A DNA stretch of 64,000 nucleotides, taken from an uncultured candidate division Zixibacteria bacterium (GTDB lineage Bacteria > Zixibacteria > MSB-5A5 > RBG-16-43-9). Under the pieces are notes generated by a model, which ran no database searches, had not been told where the DNA came from, and was given only the letters and a program-made list of their open reading frames with translations. The position numbers and the translations under genes were made by a program. This document shows, one piece after another, positions 29,435 through 38,715 of this stretch (positions within the stretch are counted from its first letter, which is position 1; the number at the start of each line of letters is the position of its first letter). Where the stretch lies: NCBI GenBank assembly GCA_963713865.1, contig OY970208.1, positions 2,176,001-2,240,000 of the forward strand, read 5' to 3'.

Positions 29435-29875
29435 AAATAGCTCATTTCTTTCTTTCTCCAACTCTTTCTTCAATCGATTATTTAAAATATATTGTGCTTT
29501 TTCAAGATAATCCTTCTCATTTCTAATCACATGATCATAAAATCCTCTCTGCCAAATCTTTTCACTGACACCAAATTCTTCTCGTATGTCTTTAGCAGTA
29601 ACAGATTTAAACCTCTGAATAAGTTGGGATAAAGTGTAATTCTGTTTCTGATTGAAAAACAAAATCAGATGTATATGATCTGGCATAACGCAGAAATGAT
29701 CGATCTCCAACTTATCTATTCTATTTAAATCTTTAAGATTTTTCTCTGCAATCTCCTTAAATGGAATTGTTTTAAAATACCCCTTTTTATTATTACAACT
29801 GATCGTGACAAAGTAAGCCCCTTCAGAGGAATAATCATAATCCTTTAATCTTAATGAGTTCTTTCTTCTGTACAT
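29429..29875 (-). mobile_element. REP-associated tyrosine transposase (RAYT, IS200-like Y1 HUH family)
   Basis: RLKDYDYS..GAYFVT, VMPDHIH (HUH), WQRGFYDHVIRN, YILNN; flanked by GTAG REP doublets. Confidence 0.9.
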
Positions 29876-29910
29876 TGCTTCTCTTTCTCTGCTCTTTATC
29901 TATTCAGTTC

Positions 29911-29972
29911 GCGTAGGGACGGAGTTTACCTCCGCCCTTGGGGAAGGATGGAGATAAGCTCCACCTCTATGC
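29911..29972. repeat. REP doublet (REPIN-like) upstream of the RAYT
   Basis: 62-bp direct copy of 29373-29434 with a few substitutions. Confidence 0.9.
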
Positions 29973-30710
29973 TATTGATCTCTTATACAACTCCAAAGTT
30001 TTATCTATCGTTTCTAAATGTTCCTTTTCATGCTCTAAAAATCTTCTTAACACTTTTCCAAACGTCCATTTTTCATCTTTATATTTAGCATATTTCTTGG
30101 GGATATTTATTCTATTTTTATCTTCTTGGGAAAGATTTTTCAAAATCTTTACAGCTAATTCCCTGGTCTTTTTTAATTTCTCAAATATTTTTCCCGGTGG
30201 GCATTTATATACATAGGGTAAAGCATAAAGCTCCTTGTAATCTTTCATCCTGGAAAGATACCACCACTCGGCATTGGCAATATGATTTAAAGTATCTCTG
30301 ATAGAACGTTTATCTTTGTTTGCTTTCCAGTCTAATGTCTCATCCGATAATTTTCTGACCTTATTCAAAAGCTCTTTCCGGTTATATCCCATCCATTTCA
30401 GACATTTTTTAATAAAATCTTTCGTTGGTGGAATTAAATCGTAAGAGAACAAAGCAGCCTTGCTTCCGCTGATAAGGGGGCAAGTTCCTTTCTGGGTCTC
30501 CACGATTTCGAACTCAATCTTCTTAGGAATTAGCAAACTTTTCTCACCATTTTTCTTTAGATATTCAAGATGTTCTTTTATCACTTCAGGAATTTTTTTT
30601 AAAGCTTTCTTTTCAGTTTTATCCCAGACAAAACATCCTGGGAGTTCCCGGACGTGAGCCATACAATAACCTTTTTTATCAACTTCAAGATAAACTTGAT
30701 ACTTTCTCAT
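29967..30710 (-). CDS. HicB-like N-terminal domain fused to a DinB-like domain
   Basis: AHVRELPGCF...TEKKALKKIPEVI; SIRDTLNHIANAEWWY; KVLRRFLEHEKEH; start ATG 30710. Confidence 0.75.
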   Translation of the reverse strand: MRKYQVYLEVDKKGYCMAHVRELPGCFVWDKTEKKALKKIPEVIKEHLEYLKKNGEKSLLIPKKIEFEIVETQKGTCPLISGSKAALFSYDLIPPTKDFIKKCLKWMGYNRKELLNKVRKLSDETLDWKANKDKRSIRDTLNHIANAEWWYLSRMKDYKELYALPYVYKCPPGKIFEKLKKTRELAVKILKNLSQEDKNRINIPKKYAKYKDEKWTFGKVLRRFLEHEKEHLETIDKTLELYKRSIA

Positions 30711-30811
30711 ATTTTTTGTTTCCCTTCTTGCAGGGCTGGGAGCCCTGCCTACGGGAACAAAAGATTTTGTTTTTCGTAGGTCGGGCACCTTTGCTCGACC
30801 GATTTCATCGC

Positions 30812-31285
30812 TTATTTATAACCGTACAAATCCGGGGGTTTAATACCCAACAGTCGTAAGTAAGTAAACAGCTGACCCCGGTGATGCCAGTGCTCATCAT
30901 GTATTGATGAAAAGCAAATCCAGGTTGGGAATTGGTCTCCCCAGAATACCTTCACATTCTTTTTCATCTGAGTTGGCGTGAGCTTTTTTGCGATTCGGTT
31001 AGTATTTTGATGAACCTTCTTGGCATATTTGATTAAATCATCTATGCTCTTAGCTTCACACGTAGCCTTTTTGAAATCGTCCTCAGAGATAACACCTTTC
31101 TTAGCTCCGTCTGCAAATACTTTCTCACTTTTATAAATATGACAGACCAGCTCTTTTATGGACATAACTTCTGGACAGGGTTTGAAATCGAGCTTGTCCT
31201 CAGGAATTAACTTAATCGCTTTCAAGGTTACCTTATGAACTTTATCAAAGTAACCGAGCATACCCATCACATCTTTTTTCTCCAT
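30812..31285 (-). CDS. DinB/YfiT-family protein
   Basis: LDFKP...SIKELVCHI; HEWHHRGQLFTYLRLLG. Confidence 0.88.
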   Translation of the reverse strand: MEKKDVMGMLGYFDKVHKVTLKAIKLIPEDKLDFKPCPEVMSIKELVCHIYKSEKVFADGAKKGVISEDDFKKATCEAKSIDDLIKYAKKVHQNTNRIAKKLTPTQMKKNVKVFWGDQFPTWICFSSIHDEHWHHRGQLFTYLRLLGIKPPDLYGYK

Positions 31286-31312
31286 AAGACCTCCTTCTAA
31301 AATTAATTCTGT

Positions 31313-31479
31313 GTAGGGGCGAGGTTTCCTCGCCCTTAATTGGGGCAGGGGAACCCTGCCCTTACAAAAATCATTATTCTCAGTGCTTTTCCGTCAGGTC
31401 AGTCCTCCTTAGGTGGACGACGGATACAAATCCGTTTTGCTATAAGGGCACGTTGTCCGCCAAAGGCGGATGCCCCTAC
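31313..31479. repeat. REP cluster downstream of the long hdrA
   Basis: GTAGGGGCGAGGTTTCCTCGCCC + GGGCAGGGGAACCCTGCCC (also at 44982 and 46077), plus two mini-palindromes. Confidence 0.8.
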
Positions 31480-31481
31480 TT

Positions 31482-34400
31482 TTATTCAAAGAGCAAACAG
31501 CTTTCTACCATCTCTTCGATCTGTTCATCCGTAAAGTGATGAGCCACAATTGCACCAGTGGGACACAAAGCCGCACAGGTACCACACCCTTTGCACAAAG
31601 CCTCATTGATCCTGGCTATATATAAACCATCCTTTTCCTCTAAGGATGGAGCATGAAACTCACATATCTTCACACAGGTTCCACATCCCCGGCATAATTC
31701 GGATTCAACTACCTGACAGACAATAGGGGCAAGGTTAATCTTATCCTTGGAGGCAAGGATTGCTGCTTTCCCTGCAGCACCGATCGCCTGTCCAATCGCC
31801 TCCGGAATTAGCTTAGGAGATTGTGCACATCCACAGATGAAAATCCCCTCGGTATTTGTCTCCACTGGTCCTAATTTGGAGTGTCTCTCCATAAAAAACC
31901 CATCTAAACCCCGCGGAGTTTTCAGAAGCTCCTGCAGAAAGGCAAAATCTTTTTCTTTTGGAACCATCCCCACTGACAGAATAACCAGATCTGCTGGAAT
32001 CTCCACCTCGGTTTTGAGTAAAGGCTGGGGAATCTTTACCATCCTTAATTTGTTATCTCCTAAAACCTCTGGAAGATTCTCTTCATCATATCTTAAAAAT
32101 AGAACTCCCAAGCCCCGTGCTTTTCTATATGCCTCTTCAGCCCCTGGGTTAAAAGCCCTTAAATCCCTGTATAAAATAGTTACTTTAATTCCCTTCTCTG
32201 CTAAGGCAATTGCCTGTTTTATCGCTACCTGACAGCAATAGCGTGAACAATATTTTCTCCCTTCTTTTTCTCTTGAGCCGACACATTGGATAAAAACCAC
32301 CTGCTCCGGCTTTTTATCTCCAGTTTTAAACTCTTTCTCCTGTAACAGCTTTTCCGTATCCAAGTTGGTAATCACTTCTGAAAATTTACCATACCCGAAT
32401 TTACCTTTAGGATCATACAAGTCTGAACCTACTGCTAATATTATAGTCCCCGCTTTTAGTTTTGAAGTTTTCTTTTCGCCTTTCGTTTCAACGGTTACTT
32501 CAAAATTCCCTACAAACCCTTCAACCTTCTTGATTTCAGAAGAAGTTAAAATCTTCACCTTATTTTTATTTAGCTCTTCAACTTTTCTTTTCACCAGTTC
32601 TTTCCCGTAAATATCAGAGAAACCGAGCTTGCCTAAAGAAGCAGTTCTCCCTCCTAAGTTCTTCTCTTTTTCTATTAAGGTAACTTTATAACCCTGGGAT
32701 GAAAGGTCTAAAGCTGACTGTATTCCAGAGATTCCACCGCCTATTACCAAAATCTTAGAGTTCATCTGAACTTCCCTGGATTCAAGAGGCTGAAGCATTC
32801 TTGCCTTACTTACTGCCATCCTTATCAAATCTTTAGCTTTAGATGTCGCTTCTTCTGGTTCATTTGCATGCACCCAGGAACACTGGTCCCTTATATTTGC
32901 CATTTCAAAAAGATAAGGATTGAGCCCTGCTCTTTGACAGGTCTCCTGAAAAATAGGCTCATGTGTTCTCGGTGTGCAAGCTGCTACTACCACCCTATTC
33001 AGGTTATGTTCTTTAATTTTATCCTGGAGAAGTCTTTGAGTTCCATCCGAGCAGACGAAAAGGTCTTTCATCACAAAAACCACATCTGGCAGGCTCTTAG
33101 CATACTCCTCTACTGCATTAACATCCACCACTCCCGCGATATTTATCCCGCAATGGCATACAAAAACACCAATTTTGGGAGAACCGGAAATATCAATCGG
33201 CTCGACTTTTACTGGCTCTTTCTTTACCCTTTGACCTTTAAGATGAGAAGAGACTTTCAAAGCTGAGCCAGACCCAAAAGCCACTGAATCGGTGATATCT
33301 TTCAACCCGCCTGCACAGCCACAAAGATAAACCCCCTCTTTGGTTGATTCTAGAGGAGAAGTTATATCTTTGGTTTTGAAAAATCCAGAATGATCCAGCT
33401 CAATCCCTAAAATCTCTGCTAACTCTTTTGTACCAGAAGATGGAACTGCCGCAGAGGAGAGGATGGTTAAATCGACCTTAATCCTTTCGATCTTGCCAGT
33501 ATCCATATTTTCAACTGCAATCCATAGCTCCTTTGTTTTTGGATCTTCAATTATCTTTGAAGGTTTCCCGTGATAGAAAACAACTGATGGATCAGCTTTA
33601 GCTTTTAAATAAAGGTCTTCATATCCCTTTCCAAAAGCTCTTAGATCGTGATAAAAGATATAAATTTTCTCGATCTCCGGCTCGTGTACTTTAGCCATAA
33701 TCGAGTTTTTAACTGCATTCATACAGCAGAAATAGGAACAGTAGGGAACCCCTTTATTATCATTTGACCGGGAGCCAACACACTGGATAAAAGCTAAGGT
33801 CTTGGGCAGTTTTCTATCCGAAGGTCTCCGAATATGACCGCCAGTTGGACCTGAAGCATTGAGTAACCTTTCGAATTCTAAGCCGGTAACCACATCCTCG
33901 TGCAGTGAGTAATCAAAACAGCTTAAAATGGTGGGATCATATTCTTCAAAACCGGTAGCCAGAATAATCGAGCCGACATTAATCTCTATATCCTTATCCA
34001 GCATATCATAATCTATCGATTTTGGCTTGCACACTTCAGAACAGCGCTCGCATACGATAAACTTTTTGTTTAAACAGTACTCCCTGTCGATGATATAAGC
34101 CCTGGGAGAGGCTTGAGGAAAAGGTGAATAGATGGCTTTGCGCGCTCCCAAGCCTAAATCAAAAGCATTCGGGACAATTACCGGGCATTCCTTGGCACAA
34201 TCACCGCAACCCACACAGCTATTCTCGTCCACACCTCTGGATTTCCGCCTGACTGTTACTTTGAAATTACCCTTTTCCCCAGTTACTTCTTTAACTTCAG
34301 AGTAAGTCCAGACTTTTATATTCGGATGCCGACCGGCATCTAACATCCTGGGACCCAGGATTCATATAGCGCAATCCATAGTGGGGAAGGTCTTATCTAA

Positions 34401-34532
34401 TTGAGCCATCTTACCGCCCACAGTAGGCGATTTCTCAACTAAATAGACCTGGAAATCTGCATTGGCTAAATCTAAAGCCGCCTGAATCCCAGCCACCCCA
34501 CCACCGATTACCAAGGCACCTTTTTTCGACAT
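31482..34532 (-). CDS. hdrA: Long double-FAD HdrA-like protein, probable selenoprotein (1016 aa; TGA at 34362-34364 = residue 57)
   Basis: ATG 34532 gives [23 protein letters not shown]...[28 protein letters not shown], in frame with the 954-aa ORF; two GGGxxG sites, two CVGSR/CSxxCC sets, ferredoxin motifs. Confidence 0.92.
34325..34364 (-). promoter_or_regulatory. Bacterial SECIS-like hairpin after the in-frame UGA of the long hdrA
   Basis: Stem GAUGCC / loop GGUC / GGCAUC; loop starts 27 nt after UGA, same geometry as at 24853-24894. Confidence 0.75.
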
Positions 34533-34542
34533 ATATTATTAG

Positions 34543-35094
34543 TTATTTTGAAGCTTCTTTTACTTCCTGCCCAAATTGAAAACCCTTTTCAAACGCTTTC
34601 AAGTTCAAATCTTTGAGTCTTTCCGGAACAGAAGTTGAAACGGCTTTTTTTACCGCTTCTGGCGATACCAATTCAGTTACAGCAGTGAAAAATCCTAACA
34701 TCACGATATTGGCAACGATCTTTGCCCCCATCTCCTCGGCAAAACGGGTTGAGGGGATGGCATAAGTCTTGATATTCCCTTTTGCTTCCTGCGGAGTGAC
34801 TAAATCATCGTCGATGATCAGAATGCCGCTCTCATCTAAATTTGGTAAAAATTTAGTATAAGCTTCTTGAGACATGGACACTAAGATGTCAGCTGTGGTT
34901 ACATAAGGATAGAGGATCTTATCCTCGGAGACCAATACCTGGGAACTGCAGGCACTCCCTCTTGCCTCTGGACCGAAGCTCTGGGTCATAGTTGCATATT
35001 TATTATCATATAGAGAGGCGGCTTTTCCTATAATATAACCACACCTGATAACCCCCTGTCCTCCGTAACCGGAAATCCTTATCTCAATCATCAT
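34543..35094 (-). CDS. korC: 2-oxoacid:ferredoxin oxidoreductase gamma subunit (copy 2)
   Basis: GYGGQG, SFGPEARG, ANIVMLG. Confidence 0.9.
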   Translation of the reverse strand: MMIEIRISGYGGQGVIRCGYIIGKAASLYDNKYATMTQSFGPEARGSACSSQVLVSEDKILYPYVTTADILVSMSQEAYTKFLPNLDESGILIIDDDLVTPQEAKGNIKTYAIPSTRFAEEMGAKIVANIVMLGFFTAVTELVSPEAVKKAVSTSVPERLKDLNLKAFEKGFQFGQEVKEASK

Positions 35095-35977
35095 CGGTTG
35101 GCCCTCCATATTCTACGAATTTATCCTTTAAGACACCTCTTAAACCCTGGTTTAGAGCATCCAGGAAGGTAGGTCTTTCCCGGTCTATGAATTTACCTAC
35201 GACTATCTTGGACTGGAACCCGATATCTAATTCACTCAAGTCTGCACCATGCTTTATGACTGAATTGTCATGATAGAATTTCATAAGGTCTAAGCCTGTG
35301 CCCAGTCTATTCCTTCGGGCATAGAGAGTTGAACAGGGACAGATTATCTCAACGAAAGAGAATCCTTTCTTCTGCAGCGCCTCAGTGATAGATTTAGAAA
35401 GCCTTCTTACATCCAGAGCGGTCCAGCGGGCAACATAAACTGCACCACAGGATGCGGCTAAATAAGGAAGATTGAACGGTTGGTCAAAATTGCCAAAGGG
35501 GGAAGTAGAGGTATTAGCTTTAACCGGGGTGGTGGCTGCACATTGTCCGCCAGTCATCGCATAGATGAAATTATTCACGCATATGACCGTTATATCCATG
35601 TTTCTTCTGGCTGCATGTAAGAAATGGTTCCCTCCTATTCCGATAGTATCTCCATCCCCTGAAAAGACTACAACCTTGAGCTTGGGATTGGCTAACTTCA
35701 AACCGGTAGCAAATGGAATAGCTCTTCCGTGGGTTGAATGAAACGAATCCAGCTTAACATAACCGGCAACCCTGCCAGTACAGCCGATTCCCGATACGAT
35801 CGCCATGTCATTTGTAGGTATCTGCGACTTCTCCAGTGCCATCAAAAAAGCAGTAACTGCGGTTCCGATTCCACAGGTGGGGCACCATATATGAGGCATC
35901 CGATCCATCCTCAGAAGATGCTCCATCGGATGTTCTTCTTCGATCTCTTTTTTCACTTTCACTTCTATCTCACTCAT
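35084..35977 (-). CDS. korB: 2-oxoacid:ferredoxin oxidoreductase beta subunit (copy 2)
   Basis: WCPTCG, SGIGCTG, HGRA, GDGD, NNFIYAMTGGQ. Confidence 0.93.
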   Translation of the reverse strand: MSEIEVKVKKEIEEEHPMEHLLRMDRMPHIWCPTCGIGTAVTAFLMALEKSQIPTNDMAIVSGIGCTGRVAGYVKLDSFHSTHGRAIPFATGLKLANPKLKVVVFSGDGDTIGIGGNHFLHAARRNMDITVICVNNFIYAMTGGQCAATTPVKANTSTSPFGNFDQPFNLPYLAASCGAVYVARWTALDVRRLSKSITEALQKKGFSFVEIICPCSTLYARRNRLGTGLDLMKFYHDNSVIKHGADLSELDIGFQSKIVVGKFIDRERPTFLDALNQGLRGVLKDKFVEYGGPTDDD

Positions 35978-37131
35978 TTTACAGCCTCCTTGATAGCCTT
36001 ATAAATATCTTCTGGTTCGTGCACCCAACCGCCTCCATGCGGGACCAAGATCGACTTAGTTTTCCCCTGGGATGCCCTCTCCACTTCTAAGACCATCTGT
36101 CCATAATTCATCTCCACAACCACAAACCCTTTAATCTTCTGAGCTAATTCATATATCTTTTTCCCCGGAAAAGGCCAGACGATAATCGGCCTTAAATACC
36201 CGACTTTGATTCCTTCTTTTCTTGCTTTCTGAATTGCCGGGATGGAAACTCTTGAACTTATCCCATAAGAAACTACTACCACCTCTGCACCCTCAGTCTG
36301 CTCCTCTTCGATATCTACTAATTCATCTTTAAACAGTCTAACCTTCTCTATTAAGCGCCGCACTAACTTTTCCTGCGCTTCCCAGGTCATCACCGGATAA
36401 CCCTTTTCATCGTGAGTCAAACCGGTTACATGAATCTTATATCCATCCCCGGCTTTAATCATCTCCGGCACTAAATCCTTACCTGGTTTAAAAGGAAGAT
36501 ACTTCTCCGGTGGAAGTTCGGTATACCTTCTCGGATAAAGCTCAATTTTATCCGCTTCCGGGATAACCACCTTTTCAGTCATATGTCCTACACACTCATC
36601 CATCATCACCAAGACTGGTACTCTGAACCTCTCTGAGAGATTGAAAGCTTTTATCAAAACCCAGAAGCATTCCTGGGGAGAATTAGGGGATAAAGCTATG
36701 ATTTCATAATCACCATGCGACCCCCATTTTGCCTGCATCATATCTGCTTGACCAGGAAGGGTAGGAAGCCCGGTAGAAGGACCACCTCTTTGCACATCCA
36801 CCACTACGCAGGGTGCTTCCATCATACAGGCTAAACCGATATTCTCCATCATCAGGGAAAAACCAGGACCTGAGGTCACGGTCATAGATTTAGCCCCACC
36901 CCAGGCTGCTCCTACTACTGCTGCCATAGAGCCAAGCTCATCTTCCATCTGGATGAAAACCCCGCCAATTTCTGGAAATCTCTCTGCCATCCTTTCCACT
37001 ACTTCAGTTGAAGGAGTAATAGGATAACCAGCTACAAAAGTACACCCGGCAGCTAAAGCTCCTTCTGCTGCAGCGTGATCTCCATCTAAATAATGAGCCC
37101 CGGTTAATACTCCTTTGGGATTAGCTTTCAA
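35974..37131 (-). CDS. korA: 2-oxoacid:ferredoxin oxidoreductase alpha subunit (copy 2)
   Basis: GYPITPSTE, QMEDE, TSGPGFSLMME, RGGPSTGLPT. Confidence 0.93.
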   Translation of the reverse strand: MKANPKGVLTGAHYLDGDHAAAEGALAAGCTFVAGYPITPSTEVVERMAERFPEIGGVFIQMEDELGSMAAVVGAAWGGAKSMTVTSGPGFSLMMENIGLACMMEAPCVVVDVQRGGPSTGLPTLPGQADMMQAKWGSHGDYEIIALSPNSPQECFWVLIKAFNLSERFRVPVLVMMDECVGHMTEKVVIPEADKIELYPRRYTELPPEKYLPFKPGKDLVPEMIKAGDGYKIHVTGLTHDEKGYPVMTWEAQEKLVRRLIEKVRLFKDELVDIEEEQTEGAEVVVVSYGISSRVSIPAIQKARKEGIKVGYLRPIIVWPFPGKKIYELAQKIKGFVVVEMNYGQMVLEVERASQGKTKSILVPHGGGWVHEPEDIYKAIKEAVK

Positions 37132-37435
37132 CTTTTACCACCTCCTTACAGGGCGTATCCGCCTGAGGCGGATTATCGCCCTTTTTTTCTTTTACAAATA
37201 AGGCAAATTCAGGACAAAGCAGCTCGCAAAGCCCACAGTGAACACAATCATCCGGGTTTTTAGCTCTGGGAGGATGATAACCTTTATAATTAAACTCTAT
37301 GGAAAGCTCAAGCACATCTTTGGGACAGTATTCCACACAGAAGCCGCAGCCTTTACACCTTTCCCGGATTATATGTATCTCACCATGGGGGATCTGGAGC
37401 TTATCCGCATCTAAGGGTTTACGCCAGAACCTCAT
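37121..37435 (-). CDS. korD: 2-oxoacid:ferredoxin oxidoreductase delta subunit (copy 2)
   Basis: CKGCGFCVEYCP, NYKGYHP, CVHCGLCELLCPEFA. Confidence 0.9.
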   Translation of the reverse strand: MRFWRKPLDADKLQIPHGEIHIIRERCKGCGFCVEYCPKDVLELSIEFNYKGYHPPRAKNPDDCVHCGLCELLCPEFALFVKEKKGDNPPQADTPCKEVVKVES

Positions 37436-37590
37436 CTTTTAACCTCCAGATAGAATTGATTTTTCATACACCAATATGATATAATACAAACAAATCCGTA
37501 TAAGTCAAGGCTTTTACCAAAAATTTTTTTCTCTTTTTCCCTTAATTTTGCTATTCTTTGATGCCCTCACCAGCGAAAATCTATAAAAAA

Positions 37591-37621
37591 CCCCACCTTG
37601 GGGGCAAGGTGGGGCTACCGG
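37591..37621 (-). repeat. GTAG-REP family CGGTAG-CCCCRCCTTG...CAAGGTGGG
   Basis: Similar copies at about 40137-40165 and 50164-50193. Confidence 0.75.
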
Positions 37622-37655
37622 TTATATAAAATGTAGAAGCATATCGTTCTAAAAT

Positions 37656-38612
37656 CTATTTTTTCTTCCTCTTCGGTTTTATAGTTTTTTTAATTATCTT
37701 TTTTCCTCTAATAACTTTTTTAACCTTTGTTTTTGGTTTTCTTTTTTCCAGTTCATTTTTCATCAGCAGAGCAACTTCAGCCGGGCTTTCAGCCACTTTT
37801 ATCCCGACTTTGTTGAATGCGACTATTTTCTCAGCTGCGGTCCCGCTCCCGCCTGAAATAATTGCCCCTGCATGACCCATCCTTTTACCTGGAGGCGCAG
37901 TCCTGCCAGCAATAAAAGCTACCACTGGTTTGGTTACATTTTTCTTAATAAATAAAGCGGCTTCTTCTTCATCAGTGCCTCCAATTTCACCAATCAGGAC
38001 TATACCTTCAGTTTGCGGGTCTTTCTGGAACAACTCCAGGACATCAATGAAGTTAGTCCCGATGATCGGATCTCCGCCAATCCCTAAACTTGTCGATTGT
38101 CCCAGTCCATTTAAAGTAAGAAGATATGCAACTTCATAGGTCAAAGTTCCACTGCGTGATACAACTCCGATCTTCCCTTTTTTATGAATCTGCCCGGGCA
38201 TTATCCCGACCTTTGCTACGCCTGGAGTGATAACACCCGGACTATTAGGTCCTACCAACCGGGTATTGGTATTTTTCAGATAATGGTATATCTTCAGCAT
38301 TTCAGTTGTAGGTATCCCTTCAGCAATACAGACCACCAATTTTATTCCTGCATCTGCCGCTTCATATATGGCATCTGCTGCAAATTTAGAAGGAACATAA
38401 ATCACCGAAGTATTAGCCTTTGTTATTTCGACTGCTTCTTTTACCGAGTTAAAAACCGGGACACCTTCTACTTTCTCCCCTCCTTTACCCGGAGTGACCC
38501 CGGCAACGATTTTTGTGCCGTAAGCTAACATCTGCTTGGTATGAAAAGCACCATCCCTGCCAGTTATTCCCTGAACCACCACTCTGGTATTTTTATCCAC
38601 TAATATGCTCAA
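37656..38612 (-). CDS. sucD: Succinyl-CoA synthetase alpha subunit
   Basis: [40 protein letters not shown] start 38612 after AGGAG. Confidence 0.96.
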   Translation of the reverse strand: MSILVDKNTRVVVQGITGRDGAFHTKQMLAYGTKIVAGVTPGKGGEKVEGVPVFNSVKEAVEITKANTSVIYVPSKFAADAIYEAADAGIKLVVCIAEGIPTTEMLKIYHYLKNTNTRLVGPNSPGVITPGVAKVGIMPGQIHKKGKIGVVSRSGTLTYEVAYLLTLNGLGQSTSLGIGGDPIIGTNFIDVLELFQKDPQTEGIVLIGEIGGTDEEEAALFIKKNVTKPVVAFIAGRTAPPGKRMGHAGAIISGGSGTAAEKIVAFNKVGIKVAESPAEVALLMKNELEKRKPKTKVKKVIRGKKIIKKTIKPKRKKK

Positions 38613-38715
38613 TTTGATCTCCTTTTGTTTTCTGGAGTGCAAGAGCTTGCTCTTGCATTTTTTCTAACATCAGCCTCAAGGTCAAATTCGACAAGCGATG
38701 CACTCCATATCTTTT

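Noticed and set aside
31747-32232. Long antisense ORFs (also 38879-39397, 39461-40075, 61467-61931 and many shorter)
   Set aside because: Shadows of well-supported genes on the opposite strand.
24892-34364. Genome-wide TGA reassignment (Trp or Gly) as the cause of the in-frame stops
   Set aside because: TGA ends icd, hdrC, the S9 peptidase and others at expected positions. The two internal TGAs sit at the same conserved Cys position and have hairpins, which fits Sec.
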